Of a DNA stretch of 64,000 nucleotides, positions 28,632-37,771 are shown one piece after another. The notes beneath the pieces were generated by a model. That model did not search any database. It saw nothing but the letters and a program-made list of their open reading frames with translations, and was not told the DNA's origin. Position 1 is the first letter of the stretch. Every line of letters begins with the position of its first letter. Source of the DNA: Planctomycetota bacterium (GTDB taxonomy: Bacteria; Planctomycetota; B15-G4; SIAN01); the NCBI GenBank assembly GCA_031409275.1, contig JANNXA010000037.1, positions 32,001-96,000 on the forward strand, in the 5' to 3' direction. Made by a program: the position numbers and the translations under genes.

Positions 28632-28695
28632 TCCCGGCATTGAAGAGGCGCCGCGCCGAGAGGAGCGCGGGGTCGCGCTTCGGGAGATCAAGGTC

Positions 28696-29736
28696 ATGGA
28701 ACGACGTGGACGGTTCCTGTCGCTGTTGGCGCTGCTTGGAATGTCAACCGGCGCTCCGGCGCAGGAGGAGGGTGCCGTGAAGGGTGAGATGAAGCGGCCG
28801 AGCTACAGCAAGCTCGGCTACGACCTGACGCCGCCGAGTGCGGAGGCGAAGGCGAAGCGCCTCGCCGAGCTGACGCCCGAGCAGATCCGCGTCACGCAGA
28901 ACGCGGGCACCGAGCCGGCAGGCTGCGGGCTGCTGCTGAAGGAGAAGCGCGCCGGACTCTTCGCCTGCGTCGTCTGCGGGCTGCCGCTCTTCAAGTCGGG
29001 CGCGAAGTTCGAGTCGGGCACCGGCTGGCCGTCGTTCTTCGATCCGTTCGCGCCGGAGCACGTGCGCGTGAACGCCGATCGCAGCCACGGCATGGTCCGC
29101 GAAGAGATCGTCTGCGGTCGCGATGGCGCGCACCTCGGTCACGTCTTCGATGACGGCCCGCCGCCGACGGGCAAGCGCTACTGCCTCAACTCGGCGTCGC
29201 TGCGCTTCTTTGCCGATGGCGAAGCGCTGCCGCCCGAGAGCCTTCCGGTGGCAACGCAGGTGACCTACTTCGCGGGCGGCTGCTTCTGGGGTGTCGAAGA
29301 TGTCTTCTCGACGGTCGAGGGGGTGGTCGACGCCGAGTCGGGCTACATGAACGGCAAGACCGAAGCGCCGACCTACAAGCAGATCTGCAACCACGACACG
29401 GGCCACGCCGAAGCGGTGAAGATCGTCTTCGATCCGGCGCGAACGAGCTTCCGCAAGCTCGCGCAGTTCTTCTTCAAGATCCACGATCCGACCACGCTCA
29501 ACCGCCAGGGGCCTGACATCGGCGATCAGTACCGCTCGGCGATCTTCACGGCCGACGCGCAGCAACAGGCCGACGCCGTCGCCCTCATCGCCGAGCTCGC
29601 GAAGCTCCCGAAGTACGAGAAGCGGCGCATCGTGACGGTGGTCGAGCCGGCGAAGACCTTCTGGCGCGCCGAGGAGTACCACCAGGACTACCACCTGAAA
29701 AATGGCGGCAGCTGCCGGCTCCCGACCGACGACTGA
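28696..29736 (+). CDS. msrBA: Exported bifunctional methionine sulfoxide reductase MsrB-MsrA, Cys form
   Basis: MsrB: KFESGTGWPSF, HLGHVFDDGP, RYCLNS. MsrA: FAGGCFWGVE, GHAEAV, HDPTTLNRQGPDIGDQYRS, AEEYHQDY. Confidence 0.95.
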   Translation: MERRGRFLSLLALLGMSTGAPAQEEGAVKGEMKRPSYSKLGYDLTPPSAEAKAKRLAELTPEQIRVTQNAGTEPAGCGLLLKEKRAGLFACVVCGLPLFKSGAKFESGTGWPSFFDPFAPEHVRVNADRSHGMVREEIVCGRDGAHLGHVFDDGPPPTGKRYCLNSASLRFFADGEALPPESLPVATQVTYFAGGCFWGVEDVFSTVEGVVDAESGYMNGKTEAPTYKQICNHDTGHAEAVKIVFDPARTSFRKLAQFFFKIHDPTTLNRQGPDIGDQYRSAIFTADAQQQADAVALIAELAKLPKYEKRRIVTVVEPAKTFWRAEEYHQDYHLKNGGSCRLPTDD

Positions 29737-29835
29737 GACGCAAGGCCGCGACGGCGCATCGCGCCGCATCGCGGTTCAAGGCAAACGGTTCACGGCATTG
29801 CCTTCCACCTCGGCCCGCTCTCCTCGAGGCTTTTC

Positions 29836-30855
29836 ATGCGATTCGCCCTTCTTCGTCGGTTGCCGCGGTTGCCGTTGCTGGCGCTGCTCGCCCTTTCCGG
29901 TGCGAGCTGCCAGCAGTCGGAGAGCGGCGCCGCCGCCACTGGCAGTCGCGTGGGCGGATCGTCGCGCGGCTATGACCTCGCGGCCCCGAGCGCGCAGGCG
30001 AAGGCGAAGCGCCTCGCCGAGCTCACGCGCCAGCAGCTGAGCGTCACCCAGGACGCCGACACCGAAGCGCCTGGAAGCGGCGCGCTGCTGCACGAAGAGC
30101 GAGCCGGTCTCTTCGTCTGCGTGGTCTGCGGGCTCCCGCTCTTCGAATCGTCCGCCAAGTTCGATTCGGGGACGGGTTGGCCGTCGTTCTTCGCACCGTT
30201 CGCTCCGGACCATGTGGTCGTCCGCAGCGATTCGAGCCTTGGCATCACGCGCGACGAGATCGTCTGCGGCCGCGACGGTGCCCATCTCGGGCATGTCTTC
30301 GACGATGGGCCGGCGCCGACCGGCAAGCGCTACTGCCTCAACTCGGCGTCGCTGCAGTTTTTCGCGGAGGGTGAAACCTTGCCGGCCGACAGCAAACCGA
30401 TCGAAGCGCAGACCGCCTACTTCGCCGGCGGCTGATTCTGGGGCGTCGAAGACGCCTTCGCCGCCGTCGGCGGCGTGATCGATGCCGAGTCGGGCTACAT
30501 GAACGGCACCACCGACCATCCAAGCTACGCGCAGGTTTGTGGCGGCTCGACCGGCCACGCCGAGGCGGTGAAGGTCGTCTTCGATCCGACGAAGACCAGC
30601 TTCAAGCAACTGATGCTGCGCTTCTTCGAGCTGTGCGACCCATGGGGCCGGCCTGGCGAATCGGTCGACCACGGCAGCCAGTACCGCACCGCGATCTTCA
30701 CCGCGAATGGCGAACAGCTCGCGCAAGCGCGCGCGCTCGTCGCCGAGCTCGCGGCGCAACCGCAACATGCCGGCCAGCGCTTCCTCACGCTGATCGAGCC
30801 CGCGCAGACCTTCTGGCGCGCCGAGGAGTACCACCAGGACTACTACAAGAAGTAG
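29836..30855 (+). CDS. msrBA: Second MsrB-MsrA paralog with in-frame TGA (30433-30435) at the MsrA catalytic position: probable selenoprotein, alternatively a pseudogene
   Basis: Track ORFs 29836..30435 and 30475..30855 are in one frame. Read-through gives FAGG*FWGVE...GHAEAV...AEEYHQDYYKK. Lipoprotein-like signal ending SGASC. Confidence 0.8.
30436..30486 (+). promoter_or_regulatory. Candidate bacterial SECIS element
   Basis: Lower stem GGCGTCGA (30442-30449) / TCGATGCC (30479-30486). Apical stem CGCCGCC-GTC-GGCGGCG, with the loop starting with G 30 nt after the UGA. Confidence 0.5.
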
Positions 30856-30878
30856 CGCGCATTCGGCGGGGGGCCGGA

Positions 30879-31607
30879 ATGGAACGTCGGTCGGGGCTCG
30901 GGAAGACGCTGCGCGACCTGCGCAATCGCTTCGACTTCTTCGTGCGCAGCCGCCTCCGACTCGGCCGCACCGTCGACGCCGCCGCGATGCTCGCGCAAGA
31001 CGAGCCGCTCCAGGCCGAGTTCGCCGACTGCCTGTCGCGCTTCGACTGGCGGTCGGCGTTGGCCCGCTTCGCCGGCCGCGATCGGCTGGCGGTGGCGGAC
31101 GTCGGCTGCCGGACGTTCCTCTTCGCGCCGGTGCTCGAGCGCTGCTTCGCGGCGCACGGGTTGCGCGTCGCGCTGCACGGGATCGAGCTCGACGCCTTCC
31201 GCCGCTTCACCGACCTGCGCACCCGCGAGGATCACGGCCGCTTCTACGCTGCGCAAGTCGAGGCGGGGCGCTACCACGCGATCGACGTGCGCGAGTTCCA
31301 TGAGGCGCTCGACGTCGCGTTCCTGCTGAACCCCTTCGTGACCCGCGAGCCGCTGCTGCGATGGGGGTTGCCGCTGCGGACCTTCGCCCCCGAAGCGATC
31401 GTCGCCCACCTCTTCACGTTGCTGCAGCCGCGCCGCGGCCTCCTCTTCACCAGCAATCCGACCGAGGCGGAGCTCGCCATCACCCGGTCGATCGCGAGCG
31501 ACCGCGGCTTCCGCCTCCTGCAGGAGCATCATTGGCAGGCCGCCGCGCCGAGCGAGTCGACCGACCGCTGGTGCGCGCTCTGGAGCTCCGGCGGCGCCGA
31601 GGGCTGA
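30879..31607 (+). CDS. Hypothetical protein, possibly class I SAM-dependent methyltransferase-like
   Basis: VADVGC, LHGIELDA; coding-like GC3. Confidence 0.5.
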   Translation: MERRSGLGKTLRDLRNRFDFFVRSRLRLGRTVDAAAMLAQDEPLQAEFADCLSRFDWRSALARFAGRDRLAVADVGCRTFLFAPVLERCFAAHGLRVALHGIELDAFRRFTDLRTREDHGRFYAAQVEAGRYHAIDVREFHEALDVAFLLNPFVTREPLLRWGLPLRTFAPEAIVAHLFTLLQPRRGLLFTSNPTEAELAITRSIASDRGFRLLQEHHWQAAAPSESTDRWCALWSSGGAEG

Positions 31608-31702
31608 GGCCGGCGGGGTGCCGTGACGGCTGGCCGATCGCGCGGAAGCGCCGTAGGCTCGCCCCTCCTCGATCCGATTCGCGGATCGTCGTGGAGTTCC
31701 CG

Positions 31703-33427
31703 ATGGGCCGTCGCCGTCGTCTCGCCCCGCTCGCCGTCGTTGCGGCGGCACTCGCGTCGATCGCGCCCGGCACCCCGGCGCAGCAGCGCTTCGAGCGCGT
31801 CTCCGTTTCCGGCAGCGGCGTCGAAGGCAACGCCCACCAGCCTTCCGACTTCGCGCGCGTCTCCGCCGACGGGCGCTTCGTCGCGTTCAGCAGCAACGCC
31901 ACCAACCTCGCGCCGAACGACGCGAATGGCCGCCTCGACGTCTACCTGCGCGATCGGCAGCTCGGCACCACGGTGCTGATCAGCGCGACGGCGGCCGGGT
32001 TCGCCGGCAACGACCGCAGTGAGCTCGCCGACCTCTCCGAGGACGGCCGCTTCGTCGTCTTCCTCAGCTGGGCGAGCGACCTCGTGCCCGGCGACACCAA
32101 CGGCTTCCGCGACCTCTACGTGCGCGATCGCGATCCCGACGGGAACGGCCTCTTCGACGAGGCGAACGCGACGACGATCCGCGCCACGCTCGGCGCGGGC
32201 GGCGTGCAGCCGAACGAGCAGTGCACGAGCGGCTCGATCAGCGCCGACGGCCGCTTCATCGCCTTCGACAGCGACGCCAGCAACCTCGTCGCGGGCGACG
32301 TCGAGGGGCGCACCGACGTCTTCGTGCGCGACCTCTCGACCGGCGCCATCGAGCGGGTCAGCCTCTCCGGCGGCGGCGCCGGGGGCGACGGCTTCTCGGT
32401 CCGCGCGGCGCTCTCGAGCAACGGCCGCAAGGTCGCGTTCGCGAGCGTCGCCGCGAACCTCGTCGCCGGCGACTTGAACGGCGCGCTCGACCTCTTCGTG
32501 CGCGACCTCGATTTCGACACGACGACGCGCGTCTCGCTGCGCGACGACGGCGGCGAGATCGCCGGCGACTCCGACGACTACGAGATGAGCGGCGACGCCA
32601 ACCGCTTCGTCTGGTGGAGCGGCATCGACGGCATCGTCGCCGACGACACGAATGGCCGCGCCGATGTCTTCCTGCGCGACGTCGCGGCCGGCACCACGCG
32701 CCGCCTCTCGATCGCCGCCGACGGGAGCGACGGCGACAAGAGCGCCGAGCTGCCGCACCTCGCCGCCAACGGCGCCTTCGTCGTCTTCCAGAGCGACTCG
32801 ACCAACCTCGCCGGGATCGAGACCAACGGCACCGCCGATGCGTTCCTCTGGGAGGGGGCGACCGGGAAGCTGCGCAAGCTCTCGGTCCACTTGAACGGCG
32901 TCGAGGGCGATGCGCGCAGTTCGGCGCTCGACGTCTCCGACGATGGCGCGGTGATCCCGTGCTACTCCGACAGCTTCGACCTGATCGGCGGCGACGCGAA
33001 CGGCTTCTTCGACCTGCTGGTGCGCGATCGGACGCTGCCCGATCCCGAGGCGCAGTGGCGCAACTACGACGCGGGCTGGGCCGGCACGCAGGGCGTCCCC
33101 GCGCTCACCCTCGACGCGAACCCGGTGATGGGGACCACGATCGGCATCGAGCTCGGCAATTCAGCCGGCGTCGCGACCGTCGGCTTCCTCTATTGCGGCA
33201 TGAGCGCGATCGCGGTGCCGACGCGCCTCGGCGGCACGCTGCTGGTCGATCCGGCGGCGCTGATGGTGCTGCTGGTCGACGTCGACGGGACGACGGTCGC
33301 CTGCGACCTGCCGCTCGACGAGGCGCTCGCCGGCGTCAGCGCCTACGCGCAGCTCCTGCTGCTCGATCCGGGTGCGAGCCGCGGCGTCGCCTTCTCGCGC
33401 GGCCTCGAGGCGGCGCTGGGGCAGTAG
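31703..33427 (+). CDS. Secreted TolB/PD40-type beta-propeller repeat protein with C-terminal domain
   Basis: About six repeats of the SADGRFVAF.S.A.NL..GD.NG..DVFVRD type; signal peptide. Confidence 0.85.
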   Translation: MGRRRRLAPLAVVAAALASIAPGTPAQQRFERVSVSGSGVEGNAHQPSDFARVSADGRFVAFSSNATNLAPNDANGRLDVYLRDRQLGTTVLISATAAGFAGNDRSELADLSEDGRFVVFLSWASDLVPGDTNGFRDLYVRDRDPDGNGLFDEANATTIRATLGAGGVQPNEQCTSGSISADGRFIAFDSDASNLVAGDVEGRTDVFVRDLSTGAIERVSLSGGGAGGDGFSVRAALSSNGRKVAFASVAANLVAGDLNGALDLFVRDLDFDTTTRVSLRDDGGEIAGDSDDYEMSGDANRFVWWSGIDGIVADDTNGRADVFLRDVAAGTTRRLSIAADGSDGDKSAELPHLAANGAFVVFQSDSTNLAGIETNGTADAFLWEGATGKLRKLSVHLNGVEGDARSSALDVSDDGAVIPCYSDSFDLIGGDANGFFDLLVRDRTLPDPEAQWRNYDAGWAGTQGVPALTLDANPVMGTTIGIELGNSAGVATVGFLYCGMSAIAVPTRLGGTLLVDPAALMVLLVDVDGTTVACDLPLDEALAGVSAYAQLLLLDPGASRGVAFSRGLEAALGQ

Positions 33428-33493
33428 GGACGGCGATCCGCCGCCGGACGAGCCGCCCTCCGTCGAGACCCTGCGTTCGACCTTCTCGCCCGC

Positions 33494-33545
33494 TTGACGC
33501 GTCGATCAAATGTGCTAAGTTTCTAGCACTGCTGCTTTCTTAGCA
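33494..33545 (+). promoter_or_regulatory. Sigma70-like promoter overlapped by two palindromic operator candidates upstream of blaI
   Basis: TTGACG (33494-33499), 16 nt, TAAGTT (33516-33521). GTGCTA-N6-TAGCAC at 33512-33529 and TGCTG-N6-TAGCA at 33530-33545, in an AT-rich patch. Confidence 0.65.
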
Positions 33546-33567
33546 GCGTCGCCGCGGAGCTCTGCCG

Positions 33568-33963
33568 ATGAACGAGCGGGTCGAGAAGCACCTCAGTCGA
33601 CGCGAGCGCCAGTTGATGGACGTCCTCTGGGCGCGCGGCGCGGCGACGGCGAAGGAGGTGCAGGACGCGCTGCCCGATCCGCCGAGCTACTCGGCCGTCC
33701 GCGCGCTGCTCCGGATCCTCGAGGAGAAGGGGCACGTGCGCCATCGTCGCGACGGCGCCCGCTTCGTCTACGTCCCGACGCGCGCGCGAGAGATCGTCGC
33801 CCGCGGCGCCGTGCAGCGGCTGCTGCGCACCTTCTTCGGCGGCTCGACGGAGAAGGCGATCGCGGCGCTGCTCGACGCGTCGGATGCGGAACTCACCACG
33901 GAAGAGCTCGACCGCGTGGAAGAGCTGATCGAGGCCGCGCGACGCAAGGGAGGCCGCCGATGA
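33568..33963 (+). CDS. BlaI/MecI/CopY family repressor
   Basis: LSRRERQLMDVLW, SYSAVRALLRILEEKGHV, TFFGGS. Confidence 0.92.
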   Translation: MNERVEKHLSRRERQLMDVLWARGAATAKEVQDALPDPPSYSAVRALLRILEEKGHVRHRRDGARFVYVPTRAREIVARGAVQRLLRTFFGGSTEKAIAALLDASDAELTTEELDRVEELIEAARRKGGRR

Positions 33964-35924
33964 TCCATCCGCTCGTCCTGTTCGCGACGAAGGGGGCCCT
34001 GATCCTGGCGGCCACGTGGGGCGCGGTCGCTCTGCTGCGGCGCGCGGCACCTGCGCTGCGCGCGGCGCCCTGGAGCGTGGCCCTGCTCGTGCTGCCGATC
34101 ACCGTGCTGCCGCTGCTCGGCGGGCCGAATTGGGCGCTGTTCACGGGAGCACGCGCGCCTGCGATGGCGGCGGCACCGGTGGGGGAGGCATCGGCAGAGG
34201 CGGCCTGGGCGCGGAGATCTGCCGTGTCGTCGCCACGCGACGGCGTGGTCCCAGCGAATCTCGGGGCGAGCGGCACTGCGAGTGAGGCTGCAGCGCTCAC
34301 CGCCGTCGCGGGCTCACATGCGCCGCCGAGCGGCTGGTCGAAGAGCTACGCGAGCGCGTTGCCGCGATCGCCGAGCTTCGACCTCTGGATCGCGGCGTGG
34401 CTCGCGGGCGCGTTGCTGCTGCTCTCGTGCTCGGCGTGGCAGACGCGGCGCGCCGCGGCGAGCCTGCTCTCTGCACGACGGCCAGCGCCGCCACCACTCG
34501 CCGCTCTCGCCGCGGAGGCCGCCGCGCGCCTCGGGCTGCGTGCCGCGCCGCCGCTCTTCCTGGTCGATGCGCCGACCTGCCCGTGCACGCTTGGCTGGTG
34601 GCGGCCCTCCGTGGTGCTGCCCGCCGTCGCCCAACTCTTCGCGCCAGCGCGTCTCGACGCAGTCTTGCTGCACGAACTCGAGCACGTGCGCCGTCGCGAC
34701 AACCTCGTCCATGCGCTCGCGCGCGTCGGCGCCGCGCTCCATTGGTTCAACCCGCTTGCCTGGTTCGCGCTGCGGGAGCTGGCGCGCGAGCGGGAGCTGG
34801 CGGTCGACGAGGTCGTGGTCCAGCGCGACGTCGCCGCCGTCGACTACGCGGCGCTGTTGGTCGACTGCGCGCGATCGTTGCGCGGCCTCGCGGGAGTCAC
34901 GTCGATGGCGCAACCCTCCTCGATCGAGCGGCGCGTGCGACGCATCCTCGCCGCTCCGCTCCTCCCGCCGACGCGCCTCTCGCGATCGCTCCAGCGCGGC
35001 GGCGTCGCAGCGGCGCTGCTGCTCGCGTTGGCCGCGGCATGCGCCGGCCCGCGCTCGCCCGACGACGACCCGAACGATCCGCTGGCGCGCATCGCGGCGA
35101 CGCGGCAGCTGGCGCGCGACGAGCTGCGCGATCTCCATCTGGTGGTGACCGGGCAGTACTGGGACTGGGACGCGACGGCCGGCGACTGGAAGAAGAGCGA
35201 GGCCCGCTGGCACGCGCGCGCCTGGTACGAAGGGTATGGCGAGCAGCGCTTCCGCGTCGACTACGACCCGCAGATCGTGCCGTGGCACGGCGGCGCGCGC
35301 CCCTTCTCGGAGTGCCGCTACACCGTCGGCTGGGATGGCACGCGCTACCGGAAGATCGACCACGTCTGGTTCGAGGGGCTCTACCAGTCGCGGGTGAGCG
35401 AGTCGCGCGAGCGATTCCCGGACAACGTGCCGCTTGAGGGGATCGAGGCACCTCGTAGCACCATGTTCGGTGACGGGACGTTCCGCCTGATGGCGCCGAA
35501 CGACTTCATCGTGACCCCAGCGCTCGCGCGCAAAGCGGCCGCGTTCGACTGTCCGGTCGCGCTGAAGGAGACGGAGGGGTTTCTCGAAGCGACGATCGGT
35601 GAGTCGACCGCCGCGCGCTACGAACTCGATCCGACGCGCGGCTTCGCGACCGTCGCGCTCGACTCGCCGATGGAAACGTGGCGCGCGACCGGCTTCCGCC
35701 GCCTCGGCGACCACCTCTGGTTGCCGACCGGTTGGGACCGCACGCCACGCGGTCGCTACCGCGGAAACGGCTTTTCGCGCGTCACAGTGACGATCGACTC
35801 GGCCGGCCACTACGCGCCGCGGGACGACGACGCGATCTACTCGCTCGAGGACCTCGTGCTCGGCCGCCGGACGCCCACGCCGCCGGCCGGGCCGTCGTTC
35901 GTCGACCTGCCGGCGCGCGAGTAG
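33960..35924 (+). CDS. BlaR1/MecR1-type M56 metallopeptidase with non-PBP extracellular C-terminal region
   Basis: VLLHELEHVRRRD, HWFNPLAW, RELAVDE, YAALLV, IERRVRRIL; ATGA overlap with blaI. Confidence 0.88.
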   Translation: MIHPLVLFATKGALILAATWGAVALLRRAAPALRAAPWSVALLVLPITVLPLLGGPNWALFTGARAPAMAAAPVGEASAEAAWARRSAVSSPRDGVVPANLGASGTASEAAALTAVAGSHAPPSGWSKSYASALPRSPSFDLWIAAWLAGALLLLSCSAWQTRRAAASLLSARRPAPPPLAALAAEAAARLGLRAAPPLFLVDAPTCPCTLGWWRPSVVLPAVAQLFAPARLDAVLLHELEHVRRRDNLVHALARVGAALHWFNPLAWFALRELARERELAVDEVVVQRDVAAVDYAALLVDCARSLRGLAGVTSMAQPSSIERRVRRILAAPLLPPTRLSRSLQRGGVAAALLLALAAACAGPRSPDDDPNDPLARIAATRQLARDELRDLHLVVTGQYWDWDATAGDWKKSEARWHARAWYEGYGEQRFRVDYDPQIVPWHGGARPFSECRYTVGWDGTRYRKIDHVWFEGLYQSRVSESRERFPDNVPLEGIEAPRSTMFGDGTFRLMAPNDFIVTPALARKAAAFDCPVALKETEGFLEATIGESTAARYELDPTRGFATVALDSPMETWRATGFRRLGDHLWLPTGWDRTPRGRYRGNGFSRVTVTIDSAGHYAPRDDDAIYSLEDLVLGRRTPTPPAGPSFVDLPARE

Positions 35925-36170
35925 CCCGCCGCCCCCTCGCACCCTTTGCCGCTCTGCGTGCAGGAAACGCAGCGCGCGCGCGGCGTCGATGGGCGTTCGC
36001 GCCCGCCGCAGCGTGCCGGGCGCGGAGGGGCGCGCGGTGGCGGTGCTTCGGCAGGGCCGCGCTCGGCGCGTCGATCGCGGAACGTCGCTTGCACACGCTC
36101 TAACTCCGGCTGCGATCTGCCTGCTGCGCGCACGCGTCGCGCGGCGATCGCTGCCGCTCGGAGTGCCACC

Positions 36171-37724
36171 ATGCGTTCCATCCGGTTCGCCGCGCTGCTC
36201 GCCGCTGCTTCGCTCGCGCTGCTGTCCGCTCCGCTCCCCGCGCAGGAACTCCTCCTCGAACTGCCCGGCGCCAACGCCGGTGACGCCTTCGGCACGCGCG
36301 TCGCCGCGGGCGATCGGCTCGGCGGCGACCGCAATGGTGATGGGGCGAGCGAGCTGCTGGTCACCACGCATGCGCTCGACTCGCTCGGCGCGAGCGTCTG
36401 GTCGGTCGACGTCCGTTCGGGGCGCAGCGGCGCGTCGCTGCGGCTCCACCACGCCAGCGACCAAGGCAGCAGCGCCGCCTTCTTCGGCGCGGCGTGCGCC
36501 TTCGTCGACGACCTCGACGGCGATGGCGTGATCGACTACTTCATCGATGCGCCCGATGTCGCGGCCGCCACGCATGACGCCTTCCTCTTCTCCGGCGCGA
36601 GCGGCGCGTTGCTGCAGACCTTCGCGTTGACCGTGTCGAAGGACCAGCTCTACGCGCGCGTCTCGCCGCTCTCCGATCTCGACGGCGACGGCAAGCGCGA
36701 CCTCGTCGTCTCCGACTCGGGCCCGTCGGGCGGCCACTTCGACCTCGTCGCGAGCGGCAGCGGCAAGGTGCTCCTCACGGTGACGTCCACGCACCTCTAC
36801 TGGGGCGCCGACGTCGCGGCCATCGCCGATCGCGATGGCGACGGGCTCGACGATGTCGCCGTGTGCGACGAGATCTGGAACGTGCGGCAGGGGTCGCTGC
36901 GGATCTACTCCAGCGCGACCGGTGCGCAACTGATCGAGATCAAGGGGCAGGTCGGCGATCTCTACGGCGCGTCGGTGGCGCGGCTCCACGATCTCGATGG
37001 CGACGGCGTCGACGACTTCATGGTTGGTACCGCGCGCGGCTACGGGACGGCTCCGCTGACCGGCACCCTCTTCGTCTACTCGGGCGCGACGTTGAAGATC
37101 CTCGCCTTCGTGCCGGGCGAGTTCACCGGCGGTCGCTTCGGCGTCCACTGCGCCGATGCGGGCGACGTGAATGGCGACGGCATCAGCGACCTCGCGATCG
37201 GCGCCCCGAACGTGCCGACGTGGGTTTCGAGCGGCCCCTGCTACCTCTTCTCTGGCAAGACCTTCGGCCGTCTCTACCGCTTCGACCTGCCCGACACGAT
37301 GCAGTGGAGCGACGAGGCGCTGGTCGGCGCGGGCGATCTCGATGGCGACGGCTTCGGCGAGCTCGTGCTCGGCGATCCCGAGTCGTTGGCGATGCCGGCG
37401 CAGCCGGGCCGCGTGCGCCTCTTCGGCGGCAACGACCTCCACCTCTCGATCACGCCGCACGTCGCGGTCGCGAACCAACTCGTCGAGCTCGACGTCGGCG
37501 AGGGGACGACGAGCCAGATCGTGCTGACCGCGCTGATCGACCTGAACGGCACGCCGCTCTTCGCGGTGCTCGACCTCGGATCCTTCGACGCCGATGGCGA
37601 TCGCGCGCTCTCCGACACGATCCCGCCCGGCCTCGCCGGCACCGTCGCGACCTTCCAGTGCTTCGCCCAGAAGGCGCCCCGCGGCACGCGCGCGAGCGCG
37701 CGGGAGGTGCTGACGCTGCAGTAG
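36171..37724 (+). CDS. Secreted FG-GAP/integrin-alpha repeat protein with C-terminal domain
   Basis: Seven D-L/V/R-D/N-G-D-G repeats with intervening FSGASG/YSGAT; signal peptide ending LPA-QE. Confidence 0.88.
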   Translation: MRSIRFAALLAAASLALLSAPLPAQELLLELPGANAGDAFGTRVAAGDRLGGDRNGDGASELLVTTHALDSLGASVWSVDVRSGRSGASLRLHHASDQGSSAAFFGAACAFVDDLDGDGVIDYFIDAPDVAAATHDAFLFSGASGALLQTFALTVSKDQLYARVSPLSDLDGDGKRDLVVSDSGPSGGHFDLVASGSGKVLLTVTSTHLYWGADVAAIADRDGDGLDDVAVCDEIWNVRQGSLRIYSSATGAQLIEIKGQVGDLYGASVARLHDLDGDGVDDFMVGTARGYGTAPLTGTLFVYSGATLKILAFVPGEFTGGRFGVHCADAGDVNGDGISDLAIGAPNVPTWVSSGPCYLFSGKTFGRLYRFDLPDTMQWSDEALVGAGDLDGDGFGELVLGDPESLAMPAQPGRVRLFGGNDLHLSITPHVAVANQLVELDVGEGTTSQIVLTALIDLNGTPLFAVLDLGSFDADGDRALSDTIPPGLAGTVATFQCFAQKAPRGTRASAREVLTLQ

Positions 37725-37771
37725 GGGGGATTCGCGAGCGGCGCGCTGATCCAACAGCGCGCCGCCGCGCC

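Noticed and set aside
30475..30855. Separate short msrA gene starting at GTG 30475
   Set aside because: It would lack the catalytic GC/UFWG motif and is in frame with the upstream ORF across a single TGA.
36171..37724. SGAS/SGAT motifs as ApbE flavinylation sites
   Set aside because: They occur at the regular position within FG-GAP repeats and are better explained as repeat consensus.
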